Below are positions 23,330 to 35,425 of a DNA stretch of 64,000 nt, in pieces (position 1 is the stretch's first letter; each line of letters opens with the position of its first letter). Both the position numbers and the translations under genes were made by a program. The notes below the pieces were generated by a model. The model saw only the letters and a list, made by a program, of their open reading frames with translations, did not search any database and was not told the DNA's origin. This stretch comes from Octopus sinensis (lineage: Eukaryota). The stretch is from contig NW_021836289.1 of the NCBI RefSeq assembly GCF_006345805.1, forward strand, positions 1 to 64,000. Reading direction: 5' to 3'.

Positions 23330-26300
23330 GATTCGGGGGCTACCTCCTCAACATGCATCCGTGTCTTGACTTGGCTTAAATGCTTTTTAAAGGTCTTCCG
23401 CAACATCATTGTCTGAATAATATGCTGTAACCCTGTCCTCCACTCCGACTGCCTCCAGATGATTCGTGAAGAATTTTGACATAATTCCGTCTCAGGTCAT
23501 AACGACAGGGACGATCTTTACTTTCGCCTTGTGGATTGCTCCCAGTTTATTTGCCAGCAAGTCGTATTTGTGGAACTGTTCTACTTCGACCTGCTTGATA
23601 CAATTTTTAAAATGATCCCCACCTTGATAAGTGTAATTGCTCAGTTTTTCGTGAACAAATATGTCGGTTTTGTTATTCGGATAACATTATTAGTCTGAAG
23701 GTTTGTGTCAACTCGATTTAAAATTTGTTGGTGATAACAGATTGAACTGAAGTATTTTAATTTTTTGACTTTTTAATTCCATATTGGCGACATAGATGCA
23801 GATGCGAGCATTTGATTACTTCGTTATGGCGTCTGAGATAGGGGCCGGTAAGCATTTGCCCACATCTGGTGATAAAGTGATCAACGTCTTTTTGGATGAG
23901 TTTCTAGTGGTAGCATTTATTTTCTCCGTTATTGAAAAGCAAGTTTCGGTCCTCCAGCTGGGACAGGCTTGTTTCAATCCATGGGGAATTGTTTCCGAGA
24001 ATTAGCTATTCGCAGGCTTCATTAACTCAATTTCAGTATTCTTAGACATTGGAACAAAATAGAGTGTAAGGGTTTCTTTTTAATTTGTTTCCATATTTCT
24101 TATCAATCTGTAACTCTCCTCCTCCGGCTCAATATCAATTCGTCCAATATAATAGTTATAAAGGGAAATGTGTGCTCGTTTATTGCCTTGAACAAGTTGA
24201 CTGAGCTTTACTTTATTTTTAGAACGTTGCTATTCTTATCTTCGAGGACCCCAGATATTGGTATCTATCCACACATCGAGTAACCAAGCTTTCATAGACA
24301 AAGACTTGACACTCGTCGCAGATTTTTTTAACGTTTCTTTCTAGCCTAGCTAGGTCAAAAACGATTAATTTTTTTTCACCATCATTTTCATTACGTCATT
24401 ACGATGCGAAAATAACTCTAAAATTTTTCTATAGCGTTCATAAAAAGAAGATAGATATTTTTTTTTAACTTTTCCTAGTGTTCTATTTTCCAAATTTATA
24501 TTGATTTTCCATTGCTATTCTTATCTTCGAGAACTCCCAGATATTAGTATCTATCCACCCATCGAGTAACCAAGCTTTCATAGACAGACTTGACACTCGT
24601 CACAGATTCTCCTTCAAAGACTACTACGCTCTCGCAGGACTACTAGTTGGGCCATGTTCCTACTACCCATAATTACAGGCCCACTACCCATCATTAATGG
24701 ACTCTCTAAGCCGAATGCTCATCAGGAAATTCCCGAAAGTAATGATGAGCTCAATCCCTGACACATTCTTCGTGTTCCAAGTTGATTGTCTCCAACAAAA
24801 CCATAAGCTTCGATATATTCCGATAGTTTGTTATTCACACACTTTGTCATCAGTGTATACAGGCTAGGTATGCACGTAACTGATTTCAGATTTTTGGGTG
24901 ATTCATCACATCCATTTTTGGTATAAAATACGTAATTTTGATGTAAAACCAATCTTCGGGCGTATTGAATTGAATGTTTTATTTAGCACAAAACCGAGGA
25001 AACAATAACAAGTTATATGGTTAAGGAAACGGTCTTGTTGTGAAACTTAACAATGCCTCTTCGTATATTCATCTTTTATTATTTTCCATATCTCCTCGCA
25101 AAGGGGTCCACGGACATCAGTAAAGCTCTTTATAAAAAAAAGTTTTAAACTCCATCGCAGCCGCTTGTAAACCCTTTTTTTTCTTCGAACTTAATCTCAT
25201 CTATGAGTAAAAAGGCAATCCGATCGAACTCTCCTAATTCCGAGAACATAATGGACCACATTATCTACGGTATTTTCTTTTAGGAGACTTCCGTAAATTG
25301 GTCGTCAGAAAGTTTTCTATTAACATCGTCAGAAACCAAAAAACTCGTCAACAAAAAAATAAGAACCCAAACAAATTTATTTGAAAAGTCCAAATAAAGT
25401 TGATTTTTAATTATTGCGTCTGCTTTCAGCCGATTCTCCTCCTTTCGAACCAGAGCAAATGTCTTTGACGGGTACACTTATCCATTTTACAGGGCAGACC
25501 ACTTTTGTGGTTGTTCTCAAGTCCGATTTAATTGCATGCTTCGCCACTGCAGGAAGGAGTTTATACTCCGGGCCATGCTTTCCAATGTTCTCAATTGTTT
25601 GGACTTGTAGGGAGTTCTGGTAGTGCTTATTCCATCCCACGTGAGAACCAACTGTACGACATTCACCATTGCATTATGCATTAACATCAATTCGCTTGTA
25701 TTTATGTGATTTCTCAACTACCAAATTATCCTTCAAAGACTAGTACGCTCTCGCAGGACTACTAGTTGGGCCATGTTCCTACTACCCATCATTACGGGCC
25801 TGTCCGGATGCCTGGACTACTAACTTGTGGCATACAACAAAATGAATTAAGAAATATCACTCTTCCTCTGAACTCTCGTAGGCTGCCAGTCCTTCAATCC
25901 GCCGCTGTACATCCTTCGCCTCAATTCCACGCTTGGGAGGGACAGACACCTCAACCACGTCATCTTCGGCCACCTTCCTCTTCAGTCCCAACACCAAATT
26001 TTTTCTGGTAGGAGTGCGACTGACTGGACACACTCAACTCTTCGAAATCATCATAAAGGGCCAGTTGCTTCACTCTGTCGTCGTTCTGTATTTCTAGGAA
26101 TATACGCCTGTGGGTGACCTTCTGTCGGTCTACATATAACTTAGTTTCCTGGTTTTTGAGAAATCCTGCTGGTAGGTGTCGATGGCCAGCTTGAGAGGTA
26201 GCATCGGTCACTCACGCCCATGTTGTTAATGATCTCCACCAGGCGTATTTCACAGTCAATGTCCTCCACGTCGTTGACTTGTTCCATTCGGGCAATTGCT

Positions 26301-26400
26301 GTACGTTATGAATGATGGCAAACCATAAGTTTTGATTTGTTCTGACTGCCTTCCGAACCGTGGGAGAAACTTGGGTCGTCTTTTTTGATTATAATATATT
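23330..26400 (-). mobile_element. Degenerate, rearranged R4/Dong-like RLE non-LTR retrotransposon
   Basis: In order on the minus strand: GCDGV*NFFIK, KSVTCIPSLYTLMTKC..DNQLGTRRMCQG, YLGVLEDK (duplicated), CCHC knuckle DHFITRC..RRHNEVIKC, and RLE end KYDLLANKL..IVPVVMT*DG..AYIQTMMLRKT. Many stops. Confidence 0.75.
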
Positions 26401-26555
26401 CATTTCCAGTTGTAAAGGATTTCATAATATAGATTCACTTCTAGCTATCTACATAATATTATCTCTCAAAAAGACACCACTAGAAAACAATGGTAACCAA
26501 TTTTATTTATTATTTAAATTATAATTAATACAGTATTAATTATTCAGTTAAATAA

Positions 26556-27781
26556 TTATTGAAAACTTGTTGAATCTACTCCAAAGTATTCCATAATTCT
26601 CGTAACAATTATATCAGTCGAATACTAGCCACAAATGAACCAAAATATTCCATCGTAGTTAAGAAATCTGACAAATTGTCGACTTGTCTTTTATTTACCA
26701 TATTGGGATCATTCCAGCCAATGAGAGGTATTTGGATATCAATCGACGTGTTTTCTCCTCGAAATGAATTTAACAAAACAAAGAACGAGATGACCAGCAG
26801 TCATTGATATCAAAATGACAAACCAAAACCAAATAAAGGCAACATTTGATGGTTGTATAAATTGACCGCAACACACCTGAACTCTGTATACGTGGACGGT
26901 TCCCATTTTTCTGAGCGTGCATCACACATCACGACTGTGGGAAACAAGTCATGCCATGTCCTTTGCAGTCCATACAAAATGTACTTATTTCCAATAATTT
27001 TGTCAAGTATTACCAACTGGACTATCAGATTGACCAAGTAGAATGCGGTCATGGCCAAGTACGTCACTGTGACATATCCGCCCCAGTTCTTGCTCCACAA
27101 AGACTGCCCAAACTTACTGTCTGCCACTTTTTTTCGGAAAAGCAAAAATTCTTCAATGCCTTGGTCAGGTGACAAAGATCCTGATGGTTCTCAAGTTGTT
27201 TTGATTCCAGTTGGGAAGTGTTGTGGTCATCAGATTTGAGTGTGGCTGTGATAGTTGTTGGCAGATCTGACAATATTTCCCAAAGAAATTCCCGACTTGT
27301 TGTTGACAATGTTCCACACGAGTGACGGCAAGTAGAAAAAGAATGCTTGTGCCAGGAATATGAGCGGCACCCATTGGTAGTAACGGATGGTGGTTTCCCC
27401 TTTATGAGGCAGTTTCTCATCGAGAGGATGGAAATAGACGTTGTTTTGTCCAGCAGTGTTGGTTGATGTATTCAACCTGCCACTTTGTGTCGCAGCCCTC
27501 CACACAGAGACAGGCAATAGGGTCGTTTCGAGTTGGCGAGTGGTTGAGATTAGGCTGAACACGATCAGAATGAGTGTTGTGTATCGGTGATTCAGTCTGT
27601 CAACTTCAAAGTCGTTTTCCGATCTCCTTCTGTTTACTATTTTTGTAATTATTTTTTGGATTAATGGTATGTGGATAAACTTTTTTTGGACTGGAATAAC
27701 AGGTTTGTCATCACTAGAATGTCTCAATCAAACTACGTGGGGTTTCAACAGCTTCTCGCGAGATCCGTACTTTCTGACCAT
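26556..27781 (-). CDS. Innexin (gap-junction protein)
   Basis: DFEVDRLNHRYTTLILIVFSLISTTRQL, PIACLC..W..EYINQHCW (after correcting two 1-bp shifts), YYQWVPLIFLAQAFFFYLPSLVW, LFPTVVMCD, FGFWFVIL, FLTTDGIF. Start codon uncertain. Confidence 0.93.
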
Positions 27782-29231
27782 TTTGCTAATTCGCAAATAA
27801 CACGATTTGTAGTATTTACATCCAAATCAATCATAATTTGATTATACACTATCATTCTTACTCAGGTAACTTTGATTCCGTAAACGTCCGACAAGTACTT
27901 CAAATATTGTGATTGAATTTTCTTTTACTTCAAACACGTTACATTCGTTTAATAACAAAATTATGTCAGATTTTGAAATACTTCCGATAATAATTCAAAA
28001 TAGTTTTTTATTGTCACAAAGTAATTTCGAGTTGTTTTTTGAGTTTTTTACTTTTTAGAAATAAAAAATCTTAGGAAAACTAAAATCCTGACTCCCAACT
28101 TATTTAAAAGTAAATTAAGCAAAAATCGGACGAAAATTGCTGACAGCAGAGGATCTATATTAGCGGTAGACCATATTGCGTACTGTGTAATAAGTCATTA
28201 TAAACCTATCAAATTGTTGATTTAAATATTAAGATGGGTGAACCGTTTAAATTGTTGATTTAAATATTAAGGTGGAGGTCGACGAGTAAAAAAAGGTTGA
28301 GAACCCCGCAGTTAGATAATGTTGGAATGAGGGCCAGAAACAAGTAGGCGTGAACAAAGATGGCGTGGAGGAGGCCGAAATACATGGCTCAACCGAAACT
28401 TTTTGTGGGCTATCCGAAAATGCGCTTAACTAACTAATTTTTCTTCTCGATAATACTCTTTTTTAAGCAGCCACATTAAAGTTCACTTCTATATTCGATT
28501 TGTTGTTCTCATTTGGGGTCGTTTCATCCACTCATTTGAATTATAGTATCTCTGGGTCTTTTCATTTATTCTTCTTTAAATGTGTTCTAACCTTAATTGA
28601 AATTCTTGTATTACCAGAATGGAATATATTTTCAAATCAATATTTTACAATCATGCTCTCCAATGGTTTTTCAACCCGGCTGTCTAAATATATCCTTGGC
28701 ACATCTTTAATTTTAGATATATTTGAATTCATGGTTTTATGCGTTCTTTGTGAATTGGATGACTAGTAAATTGCCTGTAATAGAAACGAAACGTCAGAAA
28801 GAATGCCTATCCACGACAAATATTGTTAACTTTGTATACAAATCACAAAACTTGTTATACAAGTGGCAATGTTTAAGAAAATCAAAATAGAAAAAGGCTC
28901 AAATACATTTATTTCTATAAATATTTTGTTAATGTCCAAATGGTATTACAACCAATGAAGACTGGACATTCGTCACACTAATTGTTGCACTATTCCATTC
29001 TTCGCCGCAGGGAAGCTAAATTAACGATTTCAATCACGAATGTTGTCTTGCGGGGAAACAAGCGATTTGTTGCATTCTCGTGAAAATTTCAATTTAAAGT
29101 GGACTACTATTACAAAAACAAAGAATTCACAAAACGATCACTTCCAAAAAATCATTTTTATAACAAGGCGGTCAAATTTATTTGATTTCAAAAGAAAGTA
29201 ATCGATTTGCGTATTTCTTCAGAAATTTAAT

Positions 29232-30112
29232 ATGAATCAATACGCGGGTTAGCTTTACAAAGAACACTCAGATTGTACCTCCGGGTTATGAACAGGTTCT
29301 GTCTCCCAGTCTGTTTTATCGGTTATTGCCAGTCCTCGGAGGAAGGTCAGACTCTCATAAATTCAATTTGCCAAAAAGTCACAATCCTCAGTTTACGAAC
29401 TGAAAAAATCAAGTTAAAAGAGACTCTTAGCATTTTTGAAAGAACTGTGACTCTGACAAATAACGAATCGAATAATATATGTCTACCACTAGACGTGGTT
29501 GGTTTGTGGAACACACTTTGCCTCTCATTTGATCACAAAAAGCACGAGTTGACATTTTAATGGTCGGGACAAACATCAGTTGGTCCAAAAACATGGTAGA
29601 ACTTGGACACAAGACCAGTCACCATCATACAGTGGCTGTGCTAGAAGAGAGAATCAGTCAAAGTGACTGTCTCTATTATTTTGTTGTGATCGATTCAATA
29701 TATGAGGGAATTAACCTCCTCAGACAACTTCAAAAAGCTTCAAAATCACAATCTCAAAAGACCATACTCTGCATTCATATGGTGGAATGACGACCCGAAT
29801 GCCCACAAATCTCACAGTCTGTTCCTCGAGCACAGAATTTCAAATAGACCTTTCACTAAAGTGATGAACAAGTCGATAGTCGAATTAACTAATTCTTTTC
29901 AAGCGAGTGACTTTGAAAGCAAATGGAGTGTTCCCTTGGCATCAGTTGAAAGTAAAATGTCACCAACCAGGCAATTAAAGCCATTTTTGTCGTGTGACAA
30001 AAGCACTTGTTCTGTCAATAAAATTAGTGATGATTTGATTTGGCAGTCCACTCCTTCTCAAAATGAGGATATTAAAATGATTGGTTTGTGCCGGCTATTA
30101 CCAATGAAATAA
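29232..30112 (+). CDS. Candidate uncharacterised protein-coding gene
   Basis: A higher-GC island with consecutive ORFs and a plausible 24-nt first intron gttagctttacaaagaacactcag. No family recognised. Confidence 0.3.
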
Positions 30113-30479
30113 AATTTTACGATTTTTGCAACATTCTTGGATTTTTTCCATAAAAATCTATATATTTACTATTGTTTAATATATTTTTTTAATAAATAAT
30201 ATATTGTTAATTAATCAATTTGTGTCACATCTTGTGGGGATATTCAAAGACACAAAATGAGGAAATCAGTTTTCTGTGTTCATTTAGTCAATTATATTCT
30301 ATTCTTTATTTTATATATGAAATGTTTCCGAATAAGCAAACTACAAAATCGAACTTTTCCCTTTTTCACAAGCTCAGTTATATAAGTGACATATTGTTTA
30401 GGTCAAACAAGTTTTAAACATTTCCTTCCATACATTTGCCGAGGAATCAGTCGAAATCGCCGAAGCATTTCAAAAGGCA

Positions 30480-31592
30480 TTAAAAACCCCCAAAACATTC
30501 GGAAACGTGGCCGTGTCTTTCTCGACGGCCACAATCCCACCAATTCAAACAAATCCCTTCCAATCCGTCTTCTCCCTGCGAACAATTCTGCCAAATTGGG
30601 CTTACTGGAGTTGTCTTATTACAGACACGAGGGAACTGATTACTTCACAACGATCAGCCATGATCTTGTCAGTTGTTCTTGTCTTTCTAATTTGGAGACA
30701 CACAGGTGGATAAATTCTCTTTGGACTCGAAAGGAGGCTCAGAGGAGCGATCAGTGGTGGCAGTTGCCGAGGATTTCAGTTATTAAACGAGGTCAGAGTG
30801 TCCTTGGTCGTCTCCAATGATAACCAATTGAGCTGGTCTCAACTGGATGGTGTTTTGGGGGAGTTGAGGCGGACTTTGATGGACCGTTTTCACAGAAATG
30901 AGATAATCGAGTCCTTTTTTGATTTGTCGTTTGTGGGTGATGTATGGTTGTGAATGACTGGCAAGGTCACCCTGAATATGTCGGTCATTGATTCCACGGA
31001 TATGAGGGATGTGGGGGAAAGGGTTATGAGGGATCTGGAATTGGCCAGAGGTCACGTTCATTTCACATTCATAGCCGGATCGTTGAGTCAGGCGAGGGAG
31101 TGGAATTGTGTAGTGGTTGTTCTGCCTCGGAATGAGTCAGTGCGTGTGTTCAGTCGTGATTTTGGGACAGTCTATTTTGTTAATTCGACTGACGTGCTGG
31201 ATCCAATAATGGACGTCTTCCTCAGTGATTTCCTGTATTTGAACGGGATCGACCCCTTTGAGGTATTTGAATAGGGAGAGTTGCCAGAACGAGTCACTGC
31301 AGAGACTCGGGTGGTGGAATGTGCACTAAGGAGTATTAAGGACAACTGTGAGAGCATTGCAGCCTATTCTCTTCTCGAGTATTCATTTCAGTCTTCCTTT
31401 TCTGAACTGTCCGACCATATCCAGTCACTGAGTGAGTGTGTCGGCGGGTGCGAGAAATCAGTGCGTGAAGTCTATCGTTATTCTAGTCAACTGGTGTCTG
31501 ACTACAGTTCCTTAGAGTTTGTATCCCCTGGATATGACATGAAGTATTTGTGTGTGTATATTCTAGGTTTTTTCTCTTTGTACCCCATTTGA
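30480..31592 (+). CDS. PIGS: Probable GPI transamidase component PIG-S, highly divergent
   Basis: FSRDFGTVYFVN..LDPIMDVFLSDFLYLNGI resembles the PIG-S FHSPRWGGIMVYN..VMEVFLAQLRLLFGI segment. The C-terminus DYSSLEFVSPGYDMKYLCVYILGFF resembles FDPSLL.LLYFPDDQKFAIYIPLF. N-terminal hydrophobic segment present; start unresolved. Confidence 0.55.
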
Positions 31593-31849
31593 GCACTATC
31601 CTTCTCATTATTTACAATTTCTTTTCTAACAAATGACATTAATATGTGGCTATCCTGTCACAAAGCATTCTTAAAAGAATTTGTATACTTGGAGATTGTT
31701 GCAACTGTCAAGAAGGCTAGAGAACGCGTGCTTGTTGGCGAAAATTGAATTCGTAGAGAAGAAAACTGACGTCAAAGATTTTCTGCTTAATTGGCGTATC
31801 GTTTCCTCTCAGCACGTCGATGATAGATAAGTTAGCAGTTTAGCTGCTA

Positions 31850-32375
31850 AGAATCATTATTCAACCATTGCAGCAGACCAATCGCAAAGCATCTAAAAAA
31901 TTATCGGAAGGTTGGCAGAGAGGGCTATCATTTACGAAATCTATATAATCTTTTTCTGCAGATGAAGTCTCCCAATGTATTAAAAATATGGAAAACTTCC
32001 CCACGGGTCTGGACTACATTTCACTCTGCCACCTTAAGAGACTTGGCCTTAACGACATCAAAGCCATAGTCTCTATTTACAATAATTTTGTTGGAAAAAA
32101 CCAAATTCTGTCTGTCTGGAAGAAATCACGCATTATTCCACTGACCAATCTTATACCGCCCAATCTCTATTTTTTGCACACTAGATAAAATACTTGAGAT
32201 TATTTCCCGACAGAAGACAATCAAACACACATTCCAAGCTATCTCTCTTTGATTCTGACCTTCCGCTATTTAAGCACCCAACTGTTCTCGGACTTATCTT
32301 TGATGCAACCATGTCTTTCAACAAACATGTTTCGAACATCTCAGACAAAACAAACAGGCGTACAAACATTGTAAA
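31850..32375 (+). mobile_element. Deleted fragment of the Vingi-like family (second copy at 35424-35820)
   Basis: FSADEVSQCIK..ISLCHLKRLG..AIVSIYNN..WKKSRIIPL is fused directly to PDRRQSN..PTVLGLIFDATMSFNKHV. Both pieces are homologous to the element at 16-18.8 kb. Confidence 0.8.
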
Positions 32376-32639
32376 AGCAACAAGTGATCGGTGCCCGGGA
32401 ACTACTCTGATCCCCCTGTCTATCTGCAAGCTTTACCGAGGGACTCTAATTCGCTATTGGGATCCGTTGTTTTTTCAGGTATTTATAAACAGAACAGAAA
32501 TTTTTATTGTAAAAAACAAGAGGCTGGGACAGAAATTTTTGACACCGATACAACGAGACGACTGCTCGAGGCAGTCGAACTCTTCTGAAAACGTCTATTT
32601 GCTGTCTGGAGCAAGCTGGGCGGTTACTGGTCCCGATCG

Positions 32640-33900
32640 ATAAATAGGTCGGTCACTTGAGATCGTCTCCGGAAAGACCGGATAGATTTCTCAATGACCT
32701 GTCGTATCTCCGGGGACCTGGTCTCCGCCTGCTTGGGACCAGGCCTCGTGGGTCAAGCCTGTAAGCTAGCTTCAGAGCGTAGCGCCGGATTTTTTCGCAT
32801 TTCCTGTTAATTTTCTCGAGATCTTTCGAGTAGTACCACGCTTCCATCCCGTACAGCAAGCTGGGTAGGATGGTTGCGTGGGGACGAAGAGGAAAGTCCC
32901 TGGGTCCAGATACATGCTTCTTAGGAGACAGAGAGCTGCGATGGCTTTCGCTCTCTTTTTCTTGACATGCAGACAGTAACCCGAGTTAGAGTCAATTGTA
33001 AGCCCCAGGTAGCGTATCGAGTTGAGGCGGTTAATTTCAGCTAGGGGCTCTAATCTGGTGAATTTTTCGAGTTGATTTGCAAGTAAGCTGATTTGTCAAT
33101 TGCTAACGAGAGCCGCTTGCTGGTGAACCACTTCTTTATCACCTCAATGTAGGTGGAAAGCCTTCTTTCTGAGGTCTTTGCATCCTTTGAGGTGTCAACG
33201 ACGAGGACGTAATCTGCATATAAAAGCATATATGTCCAGGCGTAGGGGCAAAGGAAAACTGTTCATTAACAAATTGAGGAAAAGTGGACTGAGGGAGGAC
33301 CTTTGCGGCACTCCCTGAGGAGTTTGATGTTCAGGTATTTATCGCATCAATTGTTTCTTTTATAGTGATTCCATCATATTTATTTGACAAGTATTTCATG
33401 GAGTCTTCCAGAAACATTTCTATCCCTTCAACAGTATCCACAGATACTACATATCGTGGGTCAAGCTCTTGGACCTTTCCTAACTGTTCCCGAAATAAAG
33501 AAGGGACATACTCATGTTTTAAAGAAATCTCATTCCCTTTGGAATCCCTACCATTTAGACCATTGTAGGCATCCAGTTTGGATTCTTTTTAGTAAACTTC
33601 AAATATTCGTTCCTCCAAGATTTATTCTTCCCTTCTTTAGCTTTTGTAATAATGATCTCTTGAATATTATAAATTCTGATTCTGAGGTCATGACGATCCA
33701 AAGCATCCACAGATCTTTGTAATTTTCTGTATAATCTTTGTTTTTCTTTTCTCAATTTGTAGATCTCTTCAATTTAAGCGTCCTTTGAAGGATAACCTTC
33801 CGCAAATACGTTTCAAGGAAAACCAAAATTAGGTTCCTGAGATCCAAATCACTTTTTCTAAACGTTCTATTTATTTAATTGGTTCGATTTTCTTCATATC
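32640..33900 (-). mobile_element. Degenerate APE-type non-LTR RT fragment, clade unresolved (duplicated at ~36070-37330)
   Basis: SGVPQRSSLSPLFLNL, LLYADY (degenerate YADD), IRYLGLTID and ILPSLLYGMEAW on the minus strand. Confidence 0.7.
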
Positions 33901-33999
33901 AAGCTCCATGTGATGTATATTTGGAAAAGAGCTCAGTCTGTTATATCTAACGAAAAAATATTTTTCAAAGTGATTTCTGAATTAAAAACATAATGATGT

Positions 34000-35270
34000 A
34001 GGTATATGATCACTCGCAATTTCGTTCTCAAGATTGGTGGTTTCGCAATATTGGATTAGCGATGCAGAGACAAGGTTGACTCTAAGCAATAAAATCCATG
34101 CCGTAATAATGGTTCGGAACTGGCGACGTTAGAATATAAAATCCATAATCTTCAGAAAGTTTTAGGTTGTGCTTTTAAAGCAACGTGTTTGGAATTACCA
34201 TCCCGTAATTATTCCATTTGAAAAAATTCCGAATGATTTTTGAATATCTCCTAGATTTTCGAAAACATGGCCCCAATAGTGACCCATCCAATTTTTAACT
34301 CGAAATTGAAAAGTATAATTTTACTTGATCGGACATTCATGTCACCAAATTGATTAGGCATAATATATTTGCAATTTTGATTGGTAGTGTGGGATACGGG
34401 GAATGGCCAGTAACAACGACGTGATTTGTCTAAACGCGTTTATTTCAATCAAATTCTCTACCTAGACAAATGAATTCTTCAATTTAGTTCCCAACTGAGT
34501 AAAATTGAAGAATTTGTTGGGACTCGTTGTCAATTGCACCACCAGCATAAGCTTCACTCACGTGATTAAAAACTGTCCTGTCTGTGAAAACGGAGTCAAT
34601 TCAGGTACTTCTCATCTAAAGATTTCAGGCCACCTTATTTCGAAGTGTCTGTGACGTTGGTTAATAACCCATTTCAGTTTTACTGTGATGAATTGGCAAT
34701 GGTATACCGAACTGTGAGTGTCTATTGCATTTTGTTATTTCATCAAACAAATGATGTTATATTAGACACTCATATACTGTAGATAGAGCCACAGTGATTC
34801 TCGAGCGAAATTCTGTCAGGTTATTGAGGATTATAGTGCAGTCAATGATTGACTTGTTTAAAGAGATATGTAGACAGAGTCCTTCCCAGTAAGACACCAT
34901 GTTGACTCCCATAATTCTCGAATAATGGTGAGAGACACGTAAAGAAGAGTATTGCATTGTTTTGGGCATCTCGACTAAAAAGTGTAACTGCTTACTCAGT
35001 CTGTAGATTTTGTAATTCCACTCAGTTAGTCAAATTACACAGTTCCCAAAACTGCCCTGTCCTCATAAATAAATGTGAGTGAAATCGCGCAAGAAAAATC
35101 TGTTTGATGTCATTTTGCCCAATGTAGTTGACTTGTATATAATTCGACTGAAGAATATTGTGCCATTCCAGACCTCATACGAGATGGTTCGTATTTCGCG
35201 AAAAAGCTACTGGGTGTGTTTATCGATTTGCATTATCAAATTTAATAATTCATTTAATTAAAAATATTAT
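34000..35270 (-). CDS. Candidate unidentified spliced gene, divergent from the WDR45B start (second copy ~37450-38690)
   Basis: Open segments (EMPKTMQYSSLRVSHH..; MPNQFGDMNVRSSKITLV..) with intron-like spacers such as gtaagcagttacactttttag (21 nt). No family recognised. Confidence 0.3.
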
Positions 35271-35318
35271 TTGAATGATAACCTGATTCCAATTAAATAT
35301 ACAATTGAGGTTTGACTG

Positions 35319-35425
35319 ATGAGTTTAAAATGCCTGCGCTTTAATCAGGACCACGGTGTGAGGCTGACCCATAAATATTAAGAGTGTTTCATATGTGGGA
35401 CAGAACACGGCCTTCGAATCTTCAA
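35319..35425 (+). pseudogene. Duplicated 5' stub of WDR45B (exon 1, intron 1, start of exon 2)
   Basis: Matches 38776-38882 and then switches at the duplication junction into retrotransposon-derived sequence. Confidence 0.85.

Larger units (their letters stand above)
31985..35423. repeat. Tandem segmental duplication, copy 1 (~3.44 kb)
   Basis: Colinear with 35424-38882 from aatatggaaaacttcccc to gccttcgaatcttcaa. The copies differ by scattered substitutions and small indels, e.g. a 16-bp insertion ctcaaaaccaggagcg in copy 2. Confidence 0.95.

Noticed and set aside
4223-27781. Programmed frameshifting, RNA editing or stop-codon reassignment to explain broken ORFs
   Set aside because: Most breaks are resolved by GT-AG micro-introns. 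The remainder are 1-bp indels, often in homopolymers, found in genes and repeats alike, which fits long-read assembly error better. Cleanly assembled genes such as MCM7 read in the standard code.
28140-28320. hAT MITE ending aaaaggttgagaacccc, with a 23-bp direct repeat
   Set aside because: Only one terminus is recognisable, with no matching TIR or TSD.
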